DNA of 63,542 nt, counting the filler, from Octopus bimaculoides (taxonomy: Eukaryota): the NCBI RefSeq assembly GCF_001194135.2. It is 8 parts of 8 records of this genome, joined end to end, with 100 filler letters (N's around TTAATTAATTAA, not from the genome) between each part and the next. Parts side by side here need not be neighbours in the genome. Positions count along the whole stretch, not along the records: positions 12,437 to 18,362 come from NC_069008.1; positions 18,463 to 23,720 come from NW_026359303.1; positions 23,821 to 51,551 come from NC_068985.1; 5 more parts are not named here. One strand, given 5' to 3'. Under the pieces are notes generated by a model. The model did no database searches and was not told the DNA's origin. It saw only the letters and a list, made by a program, of their open reading frames with translations. The position numbers and the translations under genes were made by a program. This document shows, in pieces, positions 15,031-27,956 of this stretch (its first letter is position 1; each line of letters starts with the position of its first letter).

Positions 15031-16282
15031 ATATATATATATATATATATATNNNNNNNNNNNNNNNNNNNNNNNNNNNNNNNNNNNNNNNNNNNNNNNN
15101 NNNNNNNNNNNNNNNNNNNNNNNNNNNNNNNNNNNNNNNNNNNNNNNNNNNNNNNNNNNNNNNNNNNNNNNNNNNNNNNNNNNNNNNNNNNNNNNNNNNN
15201 NNNNNNNNNNNNNNNNNNNNNNNNNNNNNNNNNNNNNNNNNNNNNNNNNNNNNNNNNNNNNNNNNNNNNNNNNNNNNNNNNNNNNNNNNNNNNNNNNNNN
15301 NNNNNNNNNNNNNNNNNNNNNNNNNNNNNNNNNNNNNNNNNNNNNNNNNNNNNNNNNNNNNNNNNNNNNNNNNNNNNNNNNNNNNNNNNNNNNNNNNNNN
15401 NNNNNNNNNNNNNNNNNNNNNNNNNNNNNNNNNNNNNNNNNNNNNNNNNNNNNNNNNNNNNNNNNNNNNNNNNNNNNNNNNNNNNNNNNNNNNNNNNNNN
15501 NNNNNNNNNNNNNNNNNNNNNNNNNNNNNNNNNNNNNNNNNNNNNNNNNNNNNNNNNNNNNNNNNNNNNNNNNNNNNNNNNNNNNNNNNNNNNNNNNNNN
15601 NNNNNNNNNNNNNNNNNNNNNNNNNNNNNNNNNNNNNNNNNNNNNNNNNNNNNNNNNNNNNNNNNNNNNNNNNNNNNNNNNNNNNNNNNNNNNNNNNNNN
15701 NNNNNNNNNNNNNNNNNNNNNNNNNNNNNNNNNNNNNNNNNNNNNNNNNNGTGCACTTAGTATTCCGTGGATTCACCCGTTTCTGGATTCGTAGCGTTTG
15801 ATATATCGAGCTGGAAAAGATGAAACGCACAGATCACTTTGAAAGGATTCGCATCAACGATTCCGTTAATTCCACCAGTATGTGTGGGGGCGTGTGCATG
15901 TTCCTTCAACCAGGGTGGGTGCGCTTGTGTGTGTGTGTGTATGCTTATGTGCGTATGCATTTGCGTGCTTGTGTGGGTGCATGTATGTATGTGGGGGCTG
16001 TGTCTGCGTGTGCTTTTGTGTGTGTGTGTGTGCTTGTGTGCGTATGCTTGTGCGCGCTTGTATGTAAAGTGTGTGTATGTGTGCTTGCGTGTGTGTGTGT
16101 GTGTGTGTATGTTTACTGATATCGATTCATTTGATTAAATTTTTTTGAATGCGGTGCCCCAGCATGGTCGTAGTCTAATGACTGACACAAGTAAAAGATC
16201 AAAGGCCTACCAAAGCCTTGTGATTGGATTGGGTTGACAGAAACTGTAAGAAGCTCGTCGTATATGCACGCACGCTCGCACG

Positions 16283-16313
<31 letters not shown>

Positions 16314-16321
16314 GTACATAT

Positions 16322-16710
16322 AGGCACTGGCGTGGCTGTGTGGTAAGAAGCTTGCTTACCAACTACGTGGTTCCGGGTTCAGTCCCACTACGTGGCCTGT
16401 TGGGCAAGTATTTTCTACTATAACCTTGGGTCGACCAAAGCCTTGTGAGTCGATTTGGTAGACGGAAACTGAAAGAAGCCCGTCGTATATATGTATATCG
16501 TTATATATATGTGTATGTGTCTCTCTGTCTGTGTTTGTCCCTCCTTCCCACTATCACCATTTGATAGCGGTTCGGCAAACGAGACCCCGATAGGATAAGT
16601 ACTAGGCTTAAAAGAAATAACCCCGGCAGTCGATTTGTTCAATTAAAACCCTTCAAGGCATTGCTCCAGTATGGCCGCATTCAAATGACTGAAATAAATA
16701 AAAGAATACA
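16322..16710 (+). mobile_element. Near full-length SINE family A
   Basis: Head ggcactggcgtggctgtgtggtaagaagc through tail ccagtatggccgcattcaaatgactgaaataa. Confidence 0.85.
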
Positions 16711-16724
16711 AAGAGAAAGTTTGG

Positions 16725-16855
16725 CCCCAGTGACGTTGCAACTCATTTCTACAGCTGAGTGAACTGGAGCAAGAACTCAACACAACCCGGTCCGAAAATC
16801 GAACGCTACCCCATGATTGTGAGCCCAACGCTCTAACCACTGAGCCATGTATCTT
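16725..16855 (-). mobile_element. SINE family C head (tRNA-derived)
   Basis: The reverse complement reads gatacatggctcagtggttagagcgttgggctcacaatcatgggg..ttcgattttcggaccggg (A and B boxes). Confidence 0.75.
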
Positions 16856-17073
16856 CACACACACACACACACACCCCCATCATTATCTCTTGTTCTTTCG
16901 CTGTGTACACTCACCCAGGTACAGCTGCTTTCACCTACGGAAACGCTTCCAACCTTTCCATTCAACATCTCATCTACCTGCCACCCTACCTCCCTACCTC
17001 TCGTCACACCTACCTGACTACCTTACCCCCTTACCTATCTATCTATCAATCCATCTATGTATTCACCCGTCTA

Positions 17074-17116
<43 letters not shown>

Positions 17117-17391
17117 CCCGTCCTTCTATCTATCTATCTATCTATCTATCTGTCTGTCAGTGTATTCGTCTGTCTACCTGCTTGTCTGTCAGCCTGCCTA
17201 TTCCTCCCCCTTCTCTTTCTCCTGTCCCCCTACCTATCTCGCTACCCGTCTATTTACCTGTCCAGCTATTTAGTTTTACCTGTCTTCATCAGTCCTTTCA
17301 ATTCTTCTCACAGACTTCCTCACAAATTCGCTCCGTCTTTCTCCCCCATCCCGTCCCATCTCCCCTTCTCTTCGTCTCCGTCTATCTGTGA

Positions 17392-17449
<58 letters not shown>

Positions 17450-17954
17450 NNNNNNNNNNNNNNNNNNNNNNNNNNNNNNNNNNNNNNNNNNNNNNNNNNN
17501 NNNNNNNNNNNNNNNNNNNNNNNNNNNNNNNNNNNNNNNNNNNNNNNNNNNNNNNNNNNNNNNNNNNNNNNNNNNNNNNNNNNNNNNNNNNNNNNNNNNN
17601 NNNNNNNNNNNNNNNNNNNNNNNNNNNNNNNNNNNNNNNNNNNNNNNNNNNNNNNNNNNNNNNNNNNNNNNNNNNNNNNNNNNNNNNNNNNNNNNNNNNN
17701 NNNNNNNNNNNNNNNNNNNNNNNNNNNNNNNNNNNNNNNNNNNNNNNNNNNNNNNNNNNNNNNNNNNNNNNNNNNNNNNNNNNNNNNNNNNNNNNNNNNN
17801 NNNNNNNNNNNNNNNNNNNNNNNNNNNNNNNNNNNNNNNNNNNNNNNNNNNNNNNNNNNNNNNNNNNNAAAATTTAAATGATGCTACAGCATGGCCGCAG
17901 TTATATGACTAAAACATGGAAAAAGAAAAGAATTACTGAATGAGCAAGCCAGTC

Positions 17955-17996
<42 letters not shown>

Positions 17997-18039
17997 TGTA
18001 TGTTGTTAGTCGTTGTTATTGAATCTATACACTTGTAAA

Positions 18040-18362
18040 GGCGACCAGCTGGAAGAAATGTTTAGTAGTATTTCGTCTGTCGTTACGTTCTGAGTGCAAA
18101 TTCCGCCGGTGCCGACTTTGCCTTTCATCCTTTCGGGCTCGATTAAAGAAGTACCAGTTACGCACTGGGGTCGATATAATCGACTTAATCTCTTTGTCTG
18201 TCCTTGTTTGTCCCCTCTATGTTTAGCCCCTTGTGGGCAATAAAGAAATAAGAATCGTTAGCACGCCGGACGAAATGCTTAGCGGTATTTCGTCTGTCTT
18301 TGCGTTCTGAGTTCAAATCCCTCCGAAGTCGACTTTGCCTTTCATCCTTTCGGGCTCGATTA
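18040..18362 (+). mobile_element. Two tandem SINE family B copies
   Basis: gaaatgcttagcggtatttcgtctgtc..ttctgagttcaaat..gtcgactttgcctttcatcctttcggg occurs twice. Confidence 0.85.
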
Positions 18363-20104
18363 NNNNNNNNNNNNNNNNNNNNNNNNNNNNNNNNNNNNNN
18401 NNNNNNTTAATTAATTAANNNNNNNNNNNNNNNNNNNNNNNNNNNNNNNNNNNNNNNNNNNNTGTACCATCAGCCAGGAGATAGGCCTCTTAATCGTAGA
18501 TTTTAAATATTTGAGAGACAACAATGCATAAATCGTAATTTTTAAAAGAGCAATGAAACCTAGGTGAATAGACTATATAAGTAGCATGAATTTAGGAAGC
18601 TATATATATATATAGATGATGATGATGATACCTGTCCACTTACGACTGAAGAAAACCATCATTGACCATTGGCCATGCAAAATGCCTGCAATGCTGTGCA
18701 TGATGTTATTGTACCAGTAGCTGGCTTCACCCTAGTTCAAGACAGCAGGTACCATGCTTGCTGCAGTGCACTCCTACTTGTCCAGGTACTGGATAGTGCC
18801 CTCACTGGTGATTGCACAACCTAAAATTTTACATTTGCACAGTACCTCACAGAACCTCTTCAGCCTCTTGACATGATCCAGACACGAGCATTAAGATATC
18901 CAATGCCAATATGAGTTCCAGGCTCAGGAATGTGGGAGTTCCATGATCTCAATTATAAGTAAAAGATAATCAAAGTGTTTAATGCCTTACCCTGCATATT
19001 TGATTTTATATACATTTGATTGTATGTGTGACTCTGTGGGTATGTGTATTTAGTTATGCATTCATGTATCTGTATAGAAGGCTATATGCATACATCTTTG
19101 TGTCTAGGCTCGAACTACTCACTGATATCTTAACAGTTCTTATTTTCTCCATCGTTTCCTTTCATTTGTATCTATTTTTTCACTCTTTGAACATATTCAA
19201 CAGAGGATGGTGTCATTCAGAAGTTCATACAGATATCTAGTCACAAATAATTAGTTTGTAACATCTTCAGTGACAAACATAAAGGGGTTTTAATCTCTTC
19301 CCTGAGATTATGCATGAATTGAACCTAAGCCTTCGCCCTGCTTCCCCTCTGCTCAACTGCTGATAGAATATGGGACCATTCAACTCAACTATTTCATTGT
19401 AGATTTGTTTTCATTCTTGGTCATGTAGATCTCATGTTGCTGTGTCACCAGACATATAACATCTGAGGATCCATGCTTCAGTTCCAACAGCTTATTCCTC
19501 TGCCTCACTCTTTTTCTTCCTTTCTCTTTTCTTCTCTTTTCCTGCTCTACCTCTGTCTGTGTGTCTCTCTCTCTCTTTCTTAAATCTCCTTCATCTCTAT
19601 AACAGTTGGTGAAAGTGCTACTACCCTTGACATCAGAGCTAGCAATTTACTGTAGAGTACTTAGAATTAACACAGTTATTCTTGAGGGTTTGACCCTTTA
19701 GAGATCTTTACCTGTTCAATTACTTTATACACCATTTTATGGTCTAATTTCTACAGTTGTTTTGATTAGATGATGTCTGTTATTGAACCATGTGTATCCT
19801 ATCATATCTCACACGTGAAATCTTGTTTTTCCCTTCATATTTGATATCATAGGTGACAATAATACACTGGGGAGATTTGTTGAGTGATTTTTCCCCTCCT
19901 TCAGTCAGACAAAAAATGAGATTGTAACTAAAAAACATCTTACACTTAAAGAAGACTTTTCATTTTCCTAGAAATGGTAAATTTGAATCAATTCCCCTAA
20001 ATCTTGCTCTGTCTTTACTAAACTATGTATACATACAAATCATTCTCTCTTCTCTGTTCATCCTTCTTCTCTCTCTCTTACACCCCCCCCCCCCCACACA
20101 CACA

Positions 20105-20590
20105 GAGGGATACCACATAAAATCATGTTATAATAAATATGAATAAAAGCATATAAAATCATATGAAAATAGAGTAAATGCTAAAATACACACCATAAAG
20201 TAGTATACCCATGTTCACTAAAGCGTGAAATCAGCTGTGTTGTCTTATTTATCTCTCTTTTGGAGCTCATATTGCACTGATAGTTCCAATATCTACCATT
20301 AGGCGTCATCTATGATTCCTGCAATTGTTTTGAATTCAAATTTGTTTACATCCGTTTATCGTTTAGAACCTATTATTTACATTCATTTGTAACTTTAATT
20401 TTTGCCCCCGTGCCTCCTAAGAAAAGTCTTGGTGAGAGTGCTAAGCATCATGTTATAACACTGGAGGTTAAGTTGGCGATGATAAATGTCATAATAAAGG
20501 TGAAAAAGTTGTAGTGATGTCTACAATGTAAACACCACCAAATTTTACATATTGGTAAATTTAAAAATTCAGTTGTTTTTTTTTTAACTG
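20105..20590 (+). mobile_element. Internally deleted relative of the Tigger element at 40430-42937
   Basis: Matches about 40600-41010 (tacacaccataaagtag, gaaatcagctgtgttgtc, ttttgccccc.tg.ctcct.agaaaa, gagtgctaagc), then jumps to 3'-region motifs (gtaaacaccaccaaatt, tattggtaaattt). Confidence 0.8.
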
Positions 20591-20594
20591 TTGC

Positions 20595-20955
20595 TTCTCA
20601 ACTACATGGTTCTGGGTTTAGTCCCACTGTGTGGCACCTTGGGTAGGTGTCTTCTGCTATAGCCTTGTGCTGACCAGGGCCTTGTGAGTGGATTTAGTAG
20701 ACAGAAACTGAAAGAAGCTGGTTGTGGGTGCATGTCTCTTTGTGTCTGTATTTCTTCTTCCCCCACCATCGCTTGGCAAATTGGTGTTGGTGTGTTTGCG
20801 TTCCTGTCATTTGGTGGTTCAGCAAGGGAGACTGATTGAATAAATACCAGGCTTAAGAAAATATAAGTTTTGAGGTCGATTCATTTGACTAAATTTCTTC
20901 AAGGTAGTGCTCCAACATGGCCTCAGTCTAATGACGAAAAGAAGTAAACAATAAA
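20595..20955 (+). mobile_element. SINE family A copy
   Basis: ggtttagtcccactgtgtggcaccttggg ... gtgctccaacatggcctcagtctaatgac. Confidence 0.85.
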
Positions 20956-21429
20956 AGATATATATATATATAAAGTCTGTTTTACACGCCAGTATAGAAA
21001 ACAATGATGATGATGATATATATATATATATATATATAGATATATATATATATATACATATATACACATACATACACATACATATGTGTGTGTGTGTTTA
21101 TAAATGCATATATTTGTATATTTATATATGTATATGTTTTTATCCACACACACTAAGAAAAATGTATGATCTATGCGCATTTAGATATAATTATCAATAA
21201 GAAGTTGCATGCGTGCATGCATTTGCTTAAATCTATAGAATTATAGATAACCATAGTAGAACTGTATTAGAATATTCTAATAAATGTTTTATAGTGACAT
21301 AATCTTTTTAATCTAACCTTTTTAAAGGGAAGCTACTTATACTATTGAATTGACATTATCTTTACACATTCTTTTATGAACCCTAAAATTGTGCAATTTT
21401 ATCTTTATATACAAAGATTTTTGATCTGT

Positions 21430-23080
21430 CACATGTAAAACTTCAACAACATAAATTGTGACATGAATTTGACTGATCTGTTTACTTCTAAATTATTGCA
21501 CATTTTTTATCAGGCCAGAAGAAACTCTACTCACCAATCCTTTCTTCAAACCACATCTTGCAAACCATACTTTATCTTTCTCCACTTTCTATGTAACCAG
21601 TTCCACTGCATACCTATATTACATCTAATTCTCATTTGCATTACTCCACCCACCAAAGAAACACTCTACCAAAAACTATAGAAAGCTAGAAAGACCAAAA
21701 TAAACTACAAACTTATGATGGCTGGTAAACCAACTTCAAAGCCATTGACAATCTGTTCCTTGTAAAAATTAATAAATATGTTTTTTTTTTATGAAAAAGT
21801 ATTGAGTTATCTTTCAGTTCACTGTTAAATTGTTTTTGTATATTTTCATATTGATGCAAACAATATAATAGCTCTGTTCTAATGAGATTTCTTTCAAGAT
21901 GAATTGAAAAATAGAAAAGATGCAAGAGAACACTATACACTTCTCCATGAAGAATATATCTATACCAACCAAGAACACTACTTGAAGATACTATTGCAAA
22001 ATATCAACAGTTTCGTTGAGAGATATGGGAAATTTACCACTATGAAAAAGACAAGCAGGTTTAAAGTCCCACTAACAACAATGAATTCAAGACGGTCAAA
22101 TGTTTACCACCTAATCCATTACTACAACCTTTTGAAGATAAAATCTTCTCAATGATGAAGAAATGAGATTCAACATACTACTGAATGAGGAAATCCACAT
22201 TAAAACCAATGAAAAAATCAACACATAAATAATAGCACACCTACAATAAAGAGGAAGCATAAAGATGTGAAAACAAAAATTATCTGGTTCAACGTATAAG
22301 TATCCTCACCGATAGCCAGCCTATTCTTCAAAATACTTAAGAAATACTTCCATCCCATCCATAAGTATTGCAAAGTAACAAACAAGCAGAACTGAAATAT
22401 ACTTCACAAGTAACATTTTTGAAAAATCTGTAACCAAATGTAACCAGCAAAAACTTTCAAAATATGAAAATCAAAACCACTCTTGGCTTTATCAGTTACA
22501 ACTGTAAGACCTCTTCGTTCTGTCCTTTAAACAGAAATTTCTCTACAAGTTACATTGTTAGTAGTGGACAGTAACCATAAACACTATATCACCAATCACA
22601 GTCACATGTGTAGGATCAACAGCAAACCAGTTCAAAATATGATACAGCCTGTACATGTACACTTTTTGCAACCCAAGCAGGAAAAATATGATTTTATTGT
22701 CAAAACATATAGCATTAATAAGAAAGTATTGGTCCATGAACTGTATCTAGTAAACAACAAACTTTACGAACTCTGTCTGCTGAACCCTTCCAAATTCCCT
22801 TTTTCAAGACCCAGCTATTGAACCACAACTCTGAGCTAGTCTCTTCCTGCAAACATAAAATTTTTAAAGTTCTAAGACATTTCAAACCTATAAATTTTTC
22901 CAATGATTAAACACGACAATTAAATCTTCCTTCCCTACCATAAATAATCCTAGATATATTAGTGACACCTACTAGCAGCTAACACAATAGTTTCCTCCAT
23001 AACATCCTCTACGTCCACTTTGATTATCTTTAATTCTGCAGTTATCTGCTGTAATACTGACAAGAAGATTCTACCTGACC
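21430..23080 (+). mobile_element. Decayed Penelope-like retroelement (RT C-terminus plus GIY-YIG region)
   Basis: Frameshifted fragments KIIWFN (about 22275), LFFKILKKYFHPIHKYCKV, YNCKTSSFCPLN, ELCLL and LLNHNSELVSSCKHK (about 22815) match the C-terminal pattern of Penelope/Poseidon-type PLEs, from recall. Confidence 0.7.
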
Positions 23081-23351
23081 ACTTTTCTGCAGAGTTACAT
23101 ATATACATACCCATTTATGAGTCGATATATAACTCATTATATATTCCCTTAGATAAGTGTGTATATCATGTGCACATAAAATTCCACATTCTCTAGAACT
23201 AAGGATGAACATGTATTCTCAAGATATGTGAGTTTATCCATCCATCCAGGTACTGCATACATTCTTATGAATGTATGTTTGGTGAATACACTTTTTACTT
23301 GCACATACTTTGATATAGATGTGTAAATGCACATATCTTTATTTTATACCT

Positions 23352-23545
23352 GTTTCAGTCATTAGACTGTGGCTATGCTGTGGGACAACCTTGAAGAATT
23401 TTTAGTTGAATGAATTGACCCTAGTGTTTATTTCCTTTTTCAAAGCCTGGTACTTATTCTGCCGAACTGTTATGTTATGGAGATGTAAACAGACCACCAC
23501 CGGCTGTCAAGTGATGTTGGGAGGGGACACACACATATTAGAAGG
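23352..23545 (-). mobile_element. SINE family A tail
   Basis: cctgtttcagtcattagactgtggctatgctg ... tacttattct ... gatgtaaacagaccacc. Confidence 0.75.
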
Positions 23546-23820
23546 CTTCTTTTACTCTCCTTAAGGAACTTATTATATGCGTTTTACTCCATTTATTCTT
23601 TATCATATGTGTATATTTACATACATATATATATGTGTATATATGTATGTATATATATATATACATATACATATACATAGGAAAATGAAAAAAAGCCAGA
23701 ATGCTGAACTGGAAGCATAANNNNNNNNNNNNNNNNNNNNNNNNNNNNNNNNNNNNNNNNNNNNTTAATTAATTAANNNNNNNNNNNNNNNNNNNNNNNN
23801 NNNNNNNNNNNNNNNNNNNN

Positions 23821-23853
<33 letters not shown>

Positions 23854-24503
23854 CATATTCGGCTAACTGAGCGCAATGGGCTGGGCTTCTGTAAGAAGCC
23901 TAGCAAAATCAAACTGATTTAAGTGATATATGTAACTCATACTAAATGTGTCTGTATATATATATATCACTTATATCACGTCCATTATATTTTCAAAGCA
24001 GGACTCGCTCGCATGCACTTATATCCCTGTAGTATACAGTTTTATATATAGCTTTTTGCGCATGTTGTTTTTGTATAGAAGTACTAGTTATTAATATAGA
24101 ACATACACGTGTACGATTATTGATTAAATAATGTTTAACGTCTTGAGATGCTCCTACAAATATATGAGCTATTTCTAACTACAAGCACCTGTGTTGTATT
24201 CTTTATACGCATTTTTCATTTTGACCTGTTAATGTATGTTTATCCAAACCTGTATACCTACCTTGAGAATATAGCTGTGTATTCTTAAACATGCATGTGT
24301 GCATTTTCGTAAGTATGTTTTAATTTCATTGCAAGTTTGTACATACAGATATATTTTCTTATCCCGACAACCCCCTTTTTCACACACAATTTCATATATA
24401 AATTGTCACATACCTAAATATACCCATATTTTCACATAGATAAACATCTGAATTCATCCGTCCATCCAAATTGCATACATACATACATACATACATACAT
24501 ACA

Positions 24504-24534
<31 letters not shown>

Positions 24535-24970
24535 TACGTAAACATAATAGACTTGACATAGTAATTTGAGATTGAGAAGAGGAAATGTGGACACTTGCCG
24601 AAATCAGCTGCCAAGCAGATGTTAACATAAAGCTAAAGATCATTGAAGAAAAAATATACCTCTGCTTAACTATTGAGGAATCTACAGGTACTCTATTCAG
24701 ATTACACGTTCAGATTTATACTTGTAATTATTGGAGCACTGTGATACACTGGGACACTGTAACACACTGCCTAAATACCAATCTTGAGAAATTAGGTTTC
24801 TCAAGACCAGAAAGGAGAAAGCCGATTCGAAGAATACAGATCCAAGTCTTCACTAGAACCTTAAAAATCTGTAAAACTTGCCAGAAGTTAATCATTTAAA
24901 TATATATGAGCATGTCTAGACATACAACTCTATGAATGAGAAAACATACATTAAACAGAACATAAATCTG

Positions 24971-25002
<32 letters not shown>

Positions 25003-25234
25003 CATACATGCATGCATGCATGCATACATGCATACATGCATACACGCGTTATACACACACACATACATACATACATACATACATACATACATACATAATA
25101 CATACATACATATATACGTACATACATAATACCCTGTTGATGTTGTTGAAATTCCAATGAAGATAGCATTGGATCTAGGTCAGAAAACAGTTCTTTCTCT
25201 ATTGGCAAGAAATCCCTAAAGAGAACCGAATGAC

Positions 25235-25395
25235 TGACTTACGACCACACTTGGTTCCGACTGACTGGTCGTAAGTCGATTCGGTCGTAAGTCGATTCGG
25301 TCGTAAGTCGATTCTGTCGTAGGTCGACCTGGTCGTAAGTCGATCTGGTCGTAAGTCGATCTGGTTGTAAGTCGATTTGGTCGTAAGTCGGCCTA
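25235..25395. repeat. 16-bp tandem array (ggtcgtaagtcgat[tc/ct], about 8 copies) with one inverted copy upstream
   Basis: Directly visible. An inverted tgacttacgacc lies at about 25235 and a further copy at about 25775. Confidence 0.9.
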
Positions 25396-25693
25396 TAGGC
25401 CTATACATAGGTTTGTTTTATATGTTTACATGCTTAAGGTTCATTCTCAGGTAAAAGTCACACACAGCATTCTGCATTATACTATTATACTGGCGTTAGT
25501 AAAAAAATTTCAAGCAGTCGTCTTATAAACAAACACGAAGTTGCCTCGATGTCTCCGCGACAGGATATTTATCCAACACATGCGATAACCACAGCTGTAA
25601 TCGATAACCAAATCTAGGGGAAGCGTTTGTTAGCTGACATCATCCGTAGACGGCTTAGTTTCTAAGAAATTAAACCCATTAGATTTCAACCAT

Positions 25694-25730
25694 TAGATAT
25701 CCCCTGTAAAGTGCAACGTTGACCAGCTAT
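25694..25730 (+). repeat. 37-bp exact direct repeat, copy 1 (copy 2 at 27473-27509)
   Basis: tagatatcccctgtaaagtgcaacgttgaccagctat is identical at both positions. Confidence 0.95.
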
Positions 25731-26354
25731 TTATTATTGCAACCGGGAGCTGGTGCGCCAAACGCCGTAGTCGATTGGTCGGAAGTCGACGACGACCTGT
25801 ACATATGCTAAATTGACAGTCAGCATAAGCTTGGATTTTCAGGAAAAAAATTCAACTAACTTGAGCATCACAAATGCATTCTGTAAATGAAACTGTAAAA
25901 ATATTTAAGGTTTTTCTCAAGTTTAAAATGTGACTCAGTTTTTTCTTCTTTTCTTTTTTTTTTTTTTGTGCTTTGTATCTTTGTTAGAAATCAGCTCCTT
26001 CGTCAGAGGAAGAATCTAAATAATTAAAAACAGAAAAAATCATATATACATAAATTCATACATACATACACACATACATACATACATACATACATACATA
26101 CATACACACATGTGTAAAATAACTATCAATTGAAATGGCTTGCCGATTACAAATTTGTTGTACGAATTTTTAATTATTATATATCTTGTCTTTGAAAAAG
26201 TGAATTTTTCCCGAAATATAACATCATTAAGCGACCTATGTAACATAGTACAATGCTTTTATTTTTATTCATTGACATCGCCCGGCATATTTTGATTAAC
26301 TCCTTATCCGTAATATTGAAATTTTTTCAAACATTTATGCATCAATTGTTTCAG

Positions 26355-26596
26355 AGTCGGCGATGGTAATTTTCATAGTGGCATCGGTCGGAACTTCCGT
26401 TCGACTTTCTTCGACTCACACCATGACCGGGAATCACGTATAAGACCTGGGTCAAGAGGTGGCCTTTCACTATTCGCTAGAAATCGCCGCAGAGGAAGGA
26501 GAGGTGGCAGAATTCGCTTCACCAGGCTAGAACGACTCTATGAACGTTTGGGCATACTACCACCAAGTGACCAATCAAGTGATGAGGAAGATGAAG
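26355..26596 (+). CDS. Candidate internal coding exon (phase 2 to 1), Arg/Gly-rich with acidic end: VGDGNFHSGIGRNFRSTFFDSHHDRESRIRPGSRGGLSLFARNRRRGRRGGRIRFTRLERLYERLGILPPSDQSSDEEDE(G)
   Basis: Acceptor ttgtttcag|, 80 open codons and a consensus donor G|gtaagt. GC and CpG are markedly higher than in the flanks. It is absent from the ORF track because the frame has no ATG. Confidence 0.7.
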
Positions 26597-27162
26597 GTAA
26601 GTTGTCGTTTAAGGACATTCGCTAGATCACTAACCACAGGTAATCGTCGTCAGCTTCATTACGGGCGCCAGAACCAAGATATCAATGTCACTATTATTGA
26701 TACCAAGATGTTGATTTTGCCTATCACCATCATCATCATCATCGTCGTCGTCGTCGTCATCATCATCAAGAAGATCAGCAACAACAAAATCATGAACATC
26801 GCTATTCTATAGGAAAACACTTTAAATATTATCACGAACTCTTTCTTTAGTACAACACTTTCTAATATTCGTAAGTATGTATTTCTACCCTTTACCACTC
26901 ATAACTACAAGAAGCTGTTAAACGAATACGCTATAAAAGTTGCAGTAAAGCTACATACTAGCTAGAACCTGTATAAACAATGACAATGCAAACATACCAA
27001 TTCTTGTATTCAAGTATAGCAACACCATTTGACAGGATTCCAAACAAAGACACTAGTTTATCGAGGAAATTTATCTTTGGCGTATAATAACATGAAAATA
27101 CTTCGGTCTCACTGAAATAAAATGTTCAAGAGTAAGTATAATAGACATATCCACACCTCCAG

Positions 27163-27215
27163 GTGCGGAGGGAACACAACTCGGCGTCACTATCCCAATA
27201 TATTTGGAACCTTAA
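27163..27215 (+). CDS. Possible terminal exon following 26355-26596: GAEGTQLGVTIPIYLEP*
   Basis: Acceptor ccacacctccag| with a compatible phase 1. An alternative phase-1 acceptor lies near 27034, so this assignment is uncertain. Confidence 0.25.
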
Positions 27216-27915
27216 TTGGAAAAAATCTAATTGCAGTATTATGCCTTAATACGTTGTCGAACTTATAACTTCTTTATGTTTCTAAAGAAGAAAGGTGTTT
27301 GGTTAGAACTTAGAACTTCCTTATGCAAGCATATGAAATGCTGAACAAGTGTATGTGTTCATACATCGGTACAAAACTAAACCACTTTGAAATTACTTTC
27401 AATTATAAACATAATACTATCATACGATTAGTGAAGCCGAACGGCGTCGAAAAACATATTCGCGTTAACTAATAGATATCCCCTGTAAAGTGCAACGTTG
27501 ACCAGCTATACACTATCTGTCCCCAACACTAATGGGACAGAGTCCTATGCGGCCAAGAACAGAACAAGAGGTGTTGTGATAGAATGTTCAGTCAAAGAAA
27601 TCCAAACAGACGTGTCGATTGAAAAAAACTTTCATATCTGGAAAATGATACTTGAATTCAGTCATTATGAAAAAGAGACACGTGAAAACTTAGAGAATCA
27701 ACAGAATGAGGCCTTAGTTTCAAATAAATACATACTTATGTATGTATGAAGATATGGATGGGAGTCTACGTCCATACATATACGCATGTATGTATGTATT
27801 TAGTTATACCTATAAAAGTTGCAGTCGGATGTGGAGCCATGAATTGCTTGAATACTTACGTGCATTCAACTATATGCATAGATGCATTATGCAAGCCGAT
27901 ATTTACACACACATG

Positions 27916-27956
<41 letters not shown>

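Noticed and set aside
16322-16400. tRNA genes in SINE heads (also 39250-39311, 46440-46510, 54480-54560)
   Set aside because: A/B-box similarity runs directly into SINE bodies and no complete cloverleaf can be formed.
25235-25395. CRISPR-like array
   Set aside because: The repeats are contiguous with no unique spacers, and the context is eukaryotic with no cas genes.
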